A stretch of DNA of 64,000 nt from positions 214,066 through 278,065 of the forward strand of contig DATMZR010000031.1 in assembly GCA_035573435.1 (NCBI GenBank). The letters are read 5' to 3'. Of this stretch, positions 55,939-64,000 are shown in pieces. The first letter of the stretch is position 1; every line of letters begins with the position of its first letter. The position numbers and the translations under genes are program-made. The stretch is from Solirubrobacterales bacterium (GTDB lineage: Bacteria > Actinomycetota > Thermoleophilia > Solirubrobacterales > 70-9). Under the pieces are notes generated by a model that saw only the letters and a list, made by a program, of their open reading frames with translations, was not told the DNA's origin and made no database searches.

Positions 55939-56160
55939 GCTCCCGGCGTCGTGGCGGGTGAGCCTCGCGCGGAAAATCTGGTCGTCGGCGAGCCGCGCTG
56001 GCACATGGCGAGCGCCGTGGTAGCCGCGATCGTCCTGATCTCGCTCGTCATCCTTGGCCTTGTCGCCGCCCGAGCGGTGAACGTCTTGGGGTAGCCGACG
56101 ATCAATCGCGAGGGCCTGGCTCGAGTTCGCGGTTCTGGCGGGGGTAAATGTCGATCTGCG

Positions 56161-56823
56161 TCAGACGATTCGCTCCACGTCGCGCTCGAGCTCGCGCAGA
56201 CGGCGCAGCCGCGGCGACTTCGACGTGCGGCCGGTGGCCAGCGTGGCCAGAGCGCAGGCCAGGAAGCACGCCGCTCCGAGGGCGGTGTTCCAGTTCGCTG
56301 CCGCGAGGTTGATCAGCGAGCCGCTCGAGGGAACCAGGTAGCCGGCGACGGCCGAGATGCCGAAGAAGATGCAGCCGAGGAGGTTGATCGCTGGCTCCCA
56401 CCATCCCGCGCGGCCGCGTGCGGGCAGCCAGCCGTGCCGCGCAGACGCGCGGTATGCGATCGCGCCCGACACCAGGAAACAGATCGACCCGAGCGCGTCC
56501 GGCCGCCACACCAGCCGGTCATAGCTGGAATTCGACAGGGCGGTGTGGAGCGCCTGATAGGTGGTCGCGTTGAAGAACACGGTGCCGGCGGATTGAATCG
56601 CAGCGGTCCACCACGCCGCTCGGCCGCTTTCAGGCGAACGGCGCTCGGGGAACACGATGAGGGTCTGCAGCGCTCCGCCGGCAGTGAACAGCAGTGAGCC
56701 GATGAAGAAAGTGACCGCGTCGGCGCGGCCGCCGACGAGCTGCGCGTAGCCCGGAAACGGACCGATCAGGAAGCATGTCGACCCGAGCGCGAAGCAGAGG
56801 GCCATCCACCGTTCCCGTGTCAT
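56161..56823 (-). CDS. Integral membrane protein with four internal hairpin repeats (YrhK-like?)
   Basis: 220 aa. Recurrent motif ALGSTCFLIG / ALGSICFLVSG / LLGCIFFGISA / ALGAACFLACA at regular spacing. Confidence 0.55.
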   Translation of the reverse strand: MTRERWMALCFALGSTCFLIGPFPGYAQLVGGRADAVTFFIGSLLFTAGGALQTLIVFPERRSPESGRAAWWTAAIQSAGTVFFNATTYQALHTALSNSSYDRLVWRPDALGSICFLVSGAIAYRASARHGWLPARGRAGWWEPAINLLGCIFFGISAVAGYLVPSSGSLINLAAANWNTALGAACFLACALATLATGRTSKSPRLRRLRELERDVERIV

Positions 56824-57044
56824 CGGCAGCGCCTCGGCCGAGCTCCCCGAGATCCGGGGCCTTGTCCGTTCAGCGCCTTACTCCCGCAGCCTGGCGGCTT
56901 CGAGGGCTTCCGACCTGCTCGACAAAAACTTGGAGGAAGGACCTTTGCCCTGGTCGCCGCGGTGTCCATTTCAGCCGTGCGAGGCGTCCTTAGTGGCGAA
57001 CCCGGCGAGCAAGTTCTCCTCCTGCGCGAGAATATTCGTGCCGC

Positions 57045-57224
57045 ATGCTTTTGGCAGACACGTTTTTGCTTGAGTGGGTCTTGGTCATTCCGGCCGCGAT
57101 CACCCTCATCATCGTGATGCTGTCGTTGTTCGCTCGTTGGGGTGACCAGGCCGTCGAGGCTCGGATGCGTAGGCACCACGAGGAGGGTCGGGAGTCGATC
57201 CGGCGCGACGGGGGGAGCGTCTGA
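57045..57224 (+). CDS. Possible small single-TM protein (59 aa), perhaps leaderless
   Basis: MLLADTFLLEWVLVIPAAITLIIVMLSLFARWGDQ... About 80 percent G/C at third codon positions by my count. AATATT lies 8 nt upstream of the ATG and there is no Shine-Dalgarno sequence. It is below the ORF-track length cutoff. Confidence 0.25.
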   Translation: MLLADTFLLEWVLVIPAAITLIIVMLSLFARWGDQAVEARMRRHHEEGRESIRRDGGSV

Positions 57225-57245
57225 AGTCCAGGGACGACGGAGGTC

Positions 57246-58109
57246 TCAGGCCGTCCGCGGGCCGCCGAGCCGCTGAAAGCCGCCGGTGACCCACTCCACG
57301 ATGAGACGCCCGTACTCATCGGACGCCTCTTCCCACGCGAAGTGGCCGGCATCCAGCGGGTGGATCTCGCTGTTGGGCAGCAGGTCGGCGAGGTATTCGT
57401 TGTTGGACCACGGCACCAAGTCATCGTCGCGTCCAGCGGTGATCTGAGCCGGCGTGGTGATTGAAGGCAACAGATCGTGCAGCACCGGATTCTGCTCGGG
57501 GTAGTGGCGGACAAAGCGAGCGGACTCGGCAAAGCGCCCGAGGTCATAAGCGCTGACGTAGTCCTCATGGACGTCGGGCTCGCTATCGGCACCGGCCACG
57601 GGCTCGACGGCTAACCCGATGTTGGTTCGGGCGTCCAGTTGTCGCACGTCGTCGAGGCTCGGCGCTTCGATGACATCTTTGAGCGCGCCGCCGGCTTCGA
57701 TCGGAAAACGCACCGCGCCTCCACCGATGGTCAGGCTGGTGACGCGGTCTGGAGCGTTCGCCGCCAAGAACAACGCGGCGGCGGTGCCCACGTCCGGACC
57801 GACCACGTGTGGCGCGCCCAGGCCCCATTCCTCGATCAGGCGCGCGAGGAACGTGCCCGTCGCATCCGGCGCGATCAGCTCCGGGCGACCGTCTGAGTGG
57901 CCAAAGCCCGGCAGGTCGATCGCGACGATGCGCGCCTCCCCCGACACTCGGTCCCAGATCCTCCGGAACGCCCAGAGGCTCTCCGGCCACGGGCTCAACA
58001 TCAACACGGTTACTGCCGACGAGTCCGCTTTGTTGTCGGCAAACCGAATCCGCACCCCGTCGCAGACTCGAAAGAGTGGAGAGATGGGCGAATACCTCGC
58101 TGCGTTCAT
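57246..58109 (-). CDS. Alpha/beta hydrolase fold protein (Asp-nucleophile subfamily)
   Basis: VLMLSPWPESLWAF, IDLPGFGHSD and VVGPDVGTAAAL. Divergent from a TetR gene. Confidence 0.8.
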   Translation of the reverse strand: MNAARYSPISPLFRVCDGVRIRFADNKADSSAVTVLMLSPWPESLWAFRRIWDRVSGEARIVAIDLPGFGHSDGRPELIAPDATGTFLARLIEEWGLGAPHVVGPDVGTAAALFLAANAPDRVTSLTIGGGAVRFPIEAGGALKDVIEAPSLDDVRQLDARTNIGLAVEPVAGADSEPDVHEDYVSAYDLGRFAESARFVRHYPEQNPVLHDLLPSITTPAQITAGRDDDLVPWSNNEYLADLLPNSEIHPLDAGHFAWEEASDEYGRLIVEWVTGGFQRLGGPRTA

Positions 58110-58152
58110 ATTTGCGCTCCTTTTGGGTGCTCAACCGGACGGGTGACGGGGC

Positions 58153-58172
58153 CCGATGACGACTGTCATCGG
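58153..58172. promoter_or_regulatory. Perfect palindrome CCGATGAC-GACT-GTCATCGG (candidate TetR operator)
   Basis: 8-bp arms ending 2 nt before the GTG start of the TetR gene, in the 65-bp divergent intergenic region. Confidence 0.4.
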
Positions 58173-58174
58173 AA

Positions 58175-58744
58175 GTGCGGCGGACGATAGACCGCATCGT
58201 GCGCAGCGCGGCCGCGCTGGTTCGCCAGCGCGGCGTTCACGGCGTCGGCCTTCGCCAGATCGTTGCCCACGCCGACGGCCCGCGTGGGTCCCTCCAGCGC
58301 TACTTCCCGGGCGGGAAGACGCAGCTCATCACCGAGGCGCTCCAACTGGCCGGCGCCGAGGTGCTGGACGACACCGAGTCAGGGCTCGTCGAGGCAGCCA
58401 CACTGGCCAATGCGATCGACGCAATTTTCGCCCCCTGGCGTCAAGTGCTCGTCGAGAGCAACTTCACGATGGGATGTCCCCTCGCCGCGACCGTCGTAGA
58501 TGCCTGCGGAGAGGACCGGCTACGGCAAGAGGCTCGCGCTCTCCTCGACCAGTGGCATGACGCGGTACACGCCGCCTTGGTCAAGTTCGGCGTCCAGGAG
58601 TCAACCGCAGGGGACGATGCCTCCGTACTCCTCGCGGCTCTCGAGGGCGCCCTTGTCTTGAGCCGAGCGAACCAAAGCACCCAGCCGCTCGACACGGTGC
58701 AGCGCTACTTCACCACCTCGCTGACGCAGGCCGCAGCCAGCTAA
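58175..58744 (+). CDS. TetR/AcrR family transcriptional regulator
   Basis: HTH AAALVRQRGVHGVGLRQIVAHADGPRGSLQRYFPGGKTQL. Confidence 0.8.
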   Translation: MRRTIDRIVRSAAALVRQRGVHGVGLRQIVAHADGPRGSLQRYFPGGKTQLITEALQLAGAEVLDDTESGLVEAATLANAIDAIFAPWRQVLVESNFTMGCPLAATVVDACGEDRLRQEARALLDQWHDAVHAALVKFGVQESTAGDDASVLLAALEGALVLSRANQSTQPLDTVQRYFTTSLTQAAAS

Positions 58745-58768
58745 CCGGATACCCCTTTTCCGGCGCCG

Positions 58769-60124
58769 CTAGAAGGTGAGCTTGTCGAAGTCATTCCACT
58801 GAAGCGTGACCCCGTCGGTGGTGGAGTCCCAGTTCGGGACCTTCAGCGTCCGCACCGGCCCGGCGCCGCGCGAGCGCAGCTGCCACGAGGCTGTGGCATC
58901 GGGTGGCGAGCTGCCCCGGACGTACACATCGGCGCCCTGGATGAATGGCAGGTTGCTCAAAGCCGGATCGGGTGAGCTCAGGTCGGTCTGCCCGTCGCGG
59001 TTGCGGTCGAACGCGAAGAAAGCATTCACCTGCTTGCTGATCGGACAGAGCCCCGCCGTGCAGACGTTGAGGCCGTTGATGAGCAACAGGTCGTTCTGGG
59101 CGCCTTGGTTGCCCCACAGCTCCTTGTACCTGATGTTGACCGCACTCATGCTGCCCGGGCGGTTGCCGGCATAGCCCTCGACGGCGGGTGACGCGAGCAG
59201 TCGGAGCGTGTAGTCGCTCCTCACAAACGGCTCGTAGTAGATGTGGAGGGTCGGCAGGCCCGGGCGCACCAGGGTGAACTCGTAGCGCGTGCCTGTTTGG
59301 ATGGTGACTGGCCCCCAGGCTCCGCCGCCGGTCGAGCCATCGTTGATCGCGATGGATGCGATCGGCGCCGCCGCAGCCCGTCGGCCGTCGCCGCGCAGCG
59401 GCCAGACCTGCACCGTCGCCCCGACCAGCCCGCTGTTTTGCGGGAAGTTGAGCGCCTTTCCTGCGACCCGGATCGGCCCGCTCTGTCGGATGATGTCGTG
59501 CGCCGGCCTGTGCCCGGTCAGGAACTTGTAGTACGCGAGGAACGACTCGGACGAGGTACAGGTCTGCACGTGCGTCTGGTTCGGGATCGTGACGTTCTGC
59601 GCGCTGTCCATGTGCCGGCCGGGGGTCCCCCTGCCGGCCCATACGGCGAGCGTCGGCACACCGGGATTCTGATCCTGGCCATCGACGTTGATGTAGTGGC
59701 CCACGTTCGCGCGCCGTTGCGCCGCCGCCGCCCCATTCGTGAGGTAGTCGTACATCACCGAAGTGCCGAGCGAGTGCGCGACCACGTCGACCTTGGACCT
59801 GCCAGTCCGCCGCTTGAGAGCCGTGATCGCGGCGTCGATCTGTTGATCCACTTCGCTCTTGTCCCCCACCGCGCGGGTCGAGTTGTAGTCGACCTCGTCG
59901 ATCCAGTTCCGCGGATAGCCGTTGCTCATAAAGCGCATCGCCTGGGACTCGAACTGCCCGCCAGAGCCTTCGATGCCGTGCACGAACAGGATCGGGTTCT
60001 GGCCGAAAGCCGGCTGGGCCGTCGCCGTCGCACCGGAGGCAGGAGCGGCCACGAGAAGTCCGGCCACAACGACGGCCGACGCGATCAGACGGAGCGTGGA
60101 CGTCCTGTTTGCAGATCGCATCAC
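58769..60124 (-). CDS. Secreted lipase/esterase (Lipase_2-like alpha/beta hydrolase) with C-terminal extension
   Basis: Signal peptide LIASAVVVAGLLVAAPASGATA. PILFVHGIEGSGGQF and the nucleophile elbow VVAHSLGTS (AxSxG). About 250 aa of C-terminal beta-rich region containing FDRNRDGQTD. Confidence 0.7.
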   Translation of the reverse strand: MMRSANRTSTLRLIASAVVVAGLLVAAPASGATATAQPAFGQNPILFVHGIEGSGGQFESQAMRFMSNGYPRNWIDEVDYNSTRAVGDKSEVDQQIDAAITALKRRTGRSKVDVVAHSLGTSVMYDYLTNGAAAAQRRANVGHYINVDGQDQNPGVPTLAVWAGRGTPGRHMDSAQNVTIPNQTHVQTCTSSESFLAYYKFLTGHRPAHDIIRQSGPIRVAGKALNFPQNSGLVGATVQVWPLRGDGRRAAAAPIASIAINDGSTGGGAWGPVTIQTGTRYEFTLVRPGLPTLHIYYEPFVRSDYTLRLLASPAVEGYAGNRPGSMSAVNIRYKELWGNQGAQNDLLLINGLNVCTAGLCPISKQVNAFFAFDRNRDGQTDLSSPDPALSNLPFIQGADVYVRGSSPPDATASWQLRSRGAGPVRTLKVPNWDSTTDGVTLQWNDFDKLTF

Positions 60125-60210
60125 TGCTTTCCTCCAGATCCCAGATCGCCAGCGCGGACGGTCTTTAGTACCCCCGCGAACCGGGTATCAAACGAGGCGA
60201 TCCCGCGCTT

Positions 60211-60471
60211 TCAGGAAGGCCGAGTTCTGGACGAGATGATCTTCTCGGCCTCGTCCGGAAGGGTGGGTCGCAGCGCGAAGTAGAGGACGGTGCCGATGAT
60301 CGGGAGGATCACGATCAGCAGAACCCAGGCCAGGCGCTTCGTGCGGTCGAGATCGTGGCGTTTGAAGACCACGTCCACGAGCCCGAGAACCCACGCGATC
60401 GCGATCAGGACGAAGAGGACCCCCGCCAGCGTGTTGCTGAGAAAGAGGATGCCTGCGACCGGGATCGCCAT
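60211..60471 (-). CDS. PLD nuclease N-terminal domain (PLDc_N) small membrane protein
   Basis: 86 aa, two TM helices. WVLGLVDVVFKRHDLDRTKRLAWVLLIVILPIIGTVLYFALRP is typical of PLDc_N. Confidence 0.7.
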   Translation of the reverse strand: MAIPVAGILFLSNTLAGVLFVLIAIAWVLGLVDVVFKRHDLDRTKRLAWVLLIVILPIIGTVLYFALRPTLPDEAEKIISSRTRPS

Positions 60472-60556
60472 CTGGCTCGAACGGTAACAGGAGGTTTCGC
60501 GTGGGCGACGACGAATCTCCTCGCCTGAGCGCTACCTCGAGACGAAGGGGAGACTG

Positions 60557-60955
60557 ATGGCAACACGCGATGCGACCAGGGAACCGGCCGGCTGGGTGAT
60601 CTTCGCCGGCGTGATCATGATCTTGATCGGCTGCCTGAACTTCTTCTACGGCCTCGCGGCGGTGCTGAACGACGACGTCGTCGTGGTTGGAGGCCACGGA
60701 GCGATCATCGCCGACCTCACCACCTGGGGCTGGGTGACGATGGTCGTCGCGGTGATCCTCGTGCTCACCGGCTGGGGGTTGTTGACAGGCGCAGAGTGGG
60801 CGCGCTGGGTCGGGGTCTTCGTTGTCGGGCTCAACGCAATCGAGCAGGTGTGGATCTTCCCCGCGGCCCCCCTGTGGGCGTTCCTCGTGATCCTGCTCGA
60901 CGTGATCATCATCTACAACCTGACGGCGCGCTGGACGGGCGTAAGCGCGGTCTAA
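60557..60955 (+). CDS. DUF7144-like four-TM membrane protein
   Basis: GWVIFAGVIMILIGCLNFFYGLAAV...TWGWVTMVVAVILVLTGWGLLTGAEWARWVGVF. Confidence 0.6.
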   Translation: MATRDATREPAGWVIFAGVIMILIGCLNFFYGLAAVLNDDVVVVGGHGAIIADLTTWGWVTMVVAVILVLTGWGLLTGAEWARWVGVFVVGLNAIEQVWIFPAAPLWAFLVILLDVIIIYNLTARWTGVSAV

Positions 60956-60982
60956 CAGTTCGATCGGCTTCGCTCGCGCGAC

Positions 60983-62098
60983 TCAGGACCCAGGAGCTTC
61001 CCGGCCATAGCGCCTGCGGTGCAGCGTGGCGCCGGCAAGGCCGAGCGGAAGCGGCAGCCAATAAGAGAAGAGGCGATAGGTGAAGGTGGCGAGCACCGCG
61101 TCCCCGGCCGCGACCCCGGCAAGGGCCAGGGTGGCGGTCAGCCCCGCCTCGACGAAGCCGAGCCCACCGGGCGTGATCGGGATCTGGGCCAGGACCTGAG
61201 CGGCGCAGAAGGCCAGCAGTACGAGCGCCGGGCGCGGATGGGATCCGACCGCCGCCAAGGCCGCCAGAAGCGTTGCGTAGTCGAACGCCCAGCGCCCCGC
61301 CGCTGACAGGAGGGCTCGCTTCCACCGGGGGCCCAAGATGGCGAGCAGCCGATCCCGCTCGCGCATCAGTCGTTGCGGTAGGCGGGTGAGCGGCGGAGCG
61401 TGGCGCCGCAACCGATTGCGAATGCGCTGCACGACCCGGCCGATCCAGGCCAGCGGGCCGTCGAGGGCGAGGACGGCTACGCCGGCAGCGACCAGCACCC
61501 CAAAGGCCACCAGGCCGATCAGGGTCCCCTCGACCAGGCTTCGCGGGACCCCGCCGCGGATGACCGCCGGCGCGACCAGGACTGGGAGCGCCAGCACGAC
61601 CGCGAAGGTCAGCAGGTTCGCGGCCGTCAGCCCTGCGACGGCACGCCCCCGCTCGATCCCCGCCTGGACCAGCATGCGGTACTGAAGCGCGGCGCCCAGG
61701 GCCCCACCCCCGGGCGCGATCTTGGCCAGCGCGTTGCCGGCCAGCTGCGAGTTGATGACGTCAGGCCAGGCCGCCCTCTTCAAGGCGATCCGCTGGAGCA
61801 CCCAGAGGCAGGCAAGGGCAGCCAGCTGAAGAGCGGCCATCGCCGGGAACCAGGCGAGGGCGAGCTGAGAGAGATCGCGCCACGATCCGAGCACGTCGAT
61901 CAAGCTCGGGGCCACGAGGTAGAGCGAGATCCCGGTGACCGCGAGCCAGAAGGCGATTCGTGCCAGGCTGCCTGTCCGTCCGGCGTCAGCCTCGCCCCGG
62001 GCGATCTCGCGCTCGGCGTTGGCGTGATCTTCGATTGCCCGCTCGACCCGATCACCAATCGAGGCTGGTTTCGACGTCGCCTCAGTTGGCTCCGACAC
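60983..62098 (-). CDS. YbhN/UPF0104 family membrane protein (lysylphosphatidylglycerol-synthase TM-domain-like flippase)
   Basis: ORF 60983..62566 trimmed to the GTG at 62098 (VSEPTEATSKP...). Eight hydrophobic segments. ...ITPGGLGFVEAGLTATL motif near the C-terminus. Confidence 0.7.
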   Translation of the reverse strand: MSEPTEATSKPASIGDRVERAIEDHANAEREIARGEADAGRTGSLARIAFWLAVTGISLYLVAPSLIDVLGSWRDLSQLALAWFPAMAALQLAALACLWVLQRIALKRAAWPDVINSQLAGNALAKIAPGGGALGAALQYRMLVQAGIERGRAVAGLTAANLLTFAVVLALPVLVAPAVIRGGVPRSLVEGTLIGLVAFGVLVAAGVAVLALDGPLAWIGRVVQRIRNRLRRHAPPLTRLPQRLMRERDRLLAILGPRWKRALLSAAGRWAFDYATLLAALAAVGSHPRPALVLLAFCAAQVLAQIPITPGGLGFVEAGLTATLALAGVAAGDAVLATFTYRLFSYWLPLPLGLAGATLHRRRYGREAPGS

Positions 62099-62232
62099 GT
62101 GACGACCGATCGTACTTCCGGCTCTCTGGGGTGTAAGGGATCTGCTCGCTAGCTTGACTGGCTTGGTCGGCCATGAGAGGGTCCGCTCGGAAGGCCAAGA
62201 CGGCCTTGAGCTGAGTGAAGGGGGTTGCCGGA

Positions 62233-64000
62233 ATGAAGCAGACGCGGGGCATCGCCGCGCGCGCGGGGCGCTGGAGCGCCATCCATCGCAAGACCGCGAT
62301 CTGGGGCTGGCTCGCGTTCGTCCTGGTGGCCTTTGCGATCGGCGGCGCGGTCGGGACAGAGACGCTTCAGTCCGACGAGTTGGGGGTCGGCGAATCCGGG
62401 CGCGCCTCCCGCACGATCGAGGGAGCGTTCCAACGGAGCGCCGAGGAGCTCGTCCTGATCCAAAGCGACTCCGTGCCGGTGACGGACCCGAGGTTCCGCG
62501 CGGTGGTGGCCGACGTGCAGCGGCGCCTGGAGAAGGTGCCCTACACCAAGGACTTCGAGAGCCCATACGCTCCGGGAAATAGCGGGCAGATATCCGCTGA
62601 CGGACGCTCCGTCCTGCTCCAGTTTGAGATCACCGGCGACGACACCGAGTCGAAGGATCGGGTCGGCCCGGCGCTGTCGGCAGTCAGCGCGGCGCAGGCG
62701 GCAAATCCGGAGTTCACGATCGGCGAGTCCGGCGACGCCAGCATTCAGAAGCAGATCGGAGACTCGATCACTGACGACTTCAAGCAGGCGCTCGTCACAT
62801 CCCTGCCGATCACCCTGCTGATCCTGCTGATCGCGTTCGGTGCTCTGGTTGCGGCCGGAGTACCGATTCTGCTGGCGCTCACTGCGGTAATCGCCACGAT
62901 CGGCCTGATGGGCCCGATCAGCCACATCAGCGCCGTGGACGAGTCGATCAACGAGGTGATTCTGCTGATCGGCCTCGCGGTTGGGGTCGACTACTCGATG
63001 TTCTACCTGCGCCGCGAGCGCGAGGAGCGGGAATCGGGCCGCAGCGAATCGGCGTCGCTTGCTGCTGCTGCGGCGACCTCGGGGCGCGCGGTGATGATCT
63101 CCGGCTTCACGGTGATGATCGCGATGGCGGGGATGTACTTGGCCGGAGCATCGACATTCCAGTCATTTGCCACCGGCACGATCCTCGTCGTCGCGGTAGC
63201 GGTCGTGGGATCGCTGACGGTGCTCCCCGCGACCCTGGCCTGGCTCGGGGACAGGATCGAGAAGGGCGGCGTCCCGATCATCAAGGACCAGCCGTGGAAC
63301 GCCGGCGAGAGCACCGTGTGGGCACGGATCCTGAACCCGGTCTTGCGCCACCCGGTGGTCTCAACCGTGGCCGCCGGCGGTCTGCTGGTGGTCCTTGCCA
63401 TTCCCGCCTTCAGCCTGCACACGGCGAATCCGGGCGTCAAGAGCCTGCCGCAGGATCTCTCGGTGATCAAGACCTACAACCGAATGCAGGAAGCCTTCCC
63501 GGGTGGCCCGATCCCGGCCATAGTCGCGGTAAGCGCCGACGACGTGAGCTCGCCGGAGGTCAGGTCCGCAATCGTCGAGCTGCGCCACCGGGCCGCCTCG
63601 AACCCCCATTTCCAGCAGCCGATCACCACCGATGTCAGCCCCGATCAAACCGTTGCTCAGGTCAGCATCCCGCTGGCCGGCGATGGGGACAACTCGCAGT
63701 CGACGGCGGCGCTGGCGGAACTGCGGGACACGCTTATCCCCGAGACGATCGGCGCGGTGCCGGGCGCCACCGCGGACGTGACGGGCTACACGGCCGACTC
63801 GGAGGACTTCACGGACACGATGAAGTCGCACGCGCCGCTGGTGTTCGGATTCGTGCTGTTGGCCGCCTTCATCCTGCTGCTGTTCACGTTCCGCTCGATC
63901 GTGATCCCGGTGAAGGCGATCGTGCTCAACCTGCTCTCGGTTGGTGCGGCCTACGGGATCCTCGTCTGGATCTTCCAGGAGGGGCACCTGGAGTCGGTGC
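62233..64000 (+). CDS. MMPL-family (RND superfamily) transporter, partial (3' end beyond the window)
   Basis: Not in the ORF track because it runs off the edge. My translation from the ATG at 62233: MKQTRGIAARAGRWSAIHRKTAIWGWLAFVLVAF...LLIGLAVGVDYSMFYLRRERE...MISGFTVMIAMAGMY...FRSIVIPVKAIVLNLLSVGAAYG. Confidence 0.85.
   Translation, partial: MKQTRGIAARAGRWSAIHRKTAIWGWLAFVLVAFAIGGAVGTETLQSDELGVGESGRASRTIEGAFQRSAEELVLIQSDSVPVTDPRFRAVVADVQRRLEKVPYTKDFESPYAPGNSGQISADGRSVLLQFEITGDDTESKDRVGPALSAVSAAQAANPEFTIGESGDASIQKQIGDSITDDFKQALVTSLPITLLILLIAFGALVAAGVPILLALTAVIATIGLMGPISHISAVDESINEVILLIGLAVGVDYSMFYLRREREERESGRSESASLAAAAATSGRAVMISGFTVMIAMAGMYLAGASTFQSFATGTILVVAVAVVGSLTVLPATLAWLGDRIEKGGVPIIKDQPWNAGESTVWARILNPVLRHPVVSTVAAGGLLVVLAIPAFSLHTANPGVKSLPQDLSVIKTYNRMQEAFPGGPIPAIVAVSADDVSSPEVRSAIVELRHRAASNPHFQQPITTDVSPDQTVAQVSIPLAGDGDNSQSTAALAELRDTLIPETIGAVPGATADVTGYTADSEDFTDTMKSHAPLVFGFVLLAAFILLLFTFRSIVIPVKAIVLNLLSVGAAYGILVWIFQEGHLESV

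Noticed and set aside
55951-56094. Small hydrophobic ORF (GTG 55951 or ATG 56005; …MASAVVAAIVLISLVILGLVAARAVNVLG) just after the hydrolase-SRPBCC gene.
   Set aside because: It is very short, has no ribosome-binding site, and such Ala/Val/Leu frames arise easily in GC-rich DNA. There is no independent support.

Overview
A 64 kb, high-G+C (about two-thirds G+C by eye) segment of an Actinomycetota-like chromosome, centred on the replication origin. Assigning it to a deep-branching class such as Thermoleophilia or Rubrobacteria is inference only. Left arm, mostly minus strand: the cell-wall and signalling operon (Ser/Thr kinase, fhaA, fhaB, pstP, rodA, pbpA), then pheA, an HNH endonuclease and an SDR. 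This is followed by the classic origin block gyrA-gyrB-dciA(DUF721)-recF-dnaN-dnaA. Right arm, mostly plus strand: rpmH-rnpA-yidD-yidC-jag-rsmG-parA-parB, then pdxH, tRNA-Ile, ddl and an envelope-glycan cluster (AlkP-family enzyme, GtrA, GT-C-like protein). Next come ymdB, an ABC-2 exporter and a heme block (hemB, fused siroheme-decarboxylase-like ahbAB, hemL). Then an MFS/TetR pair, a respiratory/menaquinone cluster (hepS-like, Bacillus-type qcrABC, menG, hepT), dcd and tatAC. After tRNA-Lys the window becomes accessory-looking: ABC-2 exporter, truncated GH15, hydrolases, a second TetR, a secreted lipase, small membrane proteins, YbhN-like and MMPL. I found no CRISPR array, transposase, integrase, rRNA or recognisable defence system, and I cannot point to one clear-cut novel system. 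The observations most worth a second look are listed here. (1) A DnaA-box-like cluster lies between dnaA and dnaN and is partly read through by the dnaA ORF. (2) Both tRNAs carry downstream direct repeats of their own 3' portions (att-like scars), and the tRNA-Lys pair brackets a 2.1 kb islet. (3) GyrB has a roughly 160-residue insertion at the position of the proteobacterial insert. (4) A siroheme-decarboxylase fusion sits inside the hem cluster, and hemL has no canonical start codon at the expected position. (5) A hepS-like/qcrABC/menG/hepT supercluster. (6) An orphan CorA-N-terminal-like protein. The many long ORFs antisense to real genes are GC-rich shadow ORFs and were discarded.
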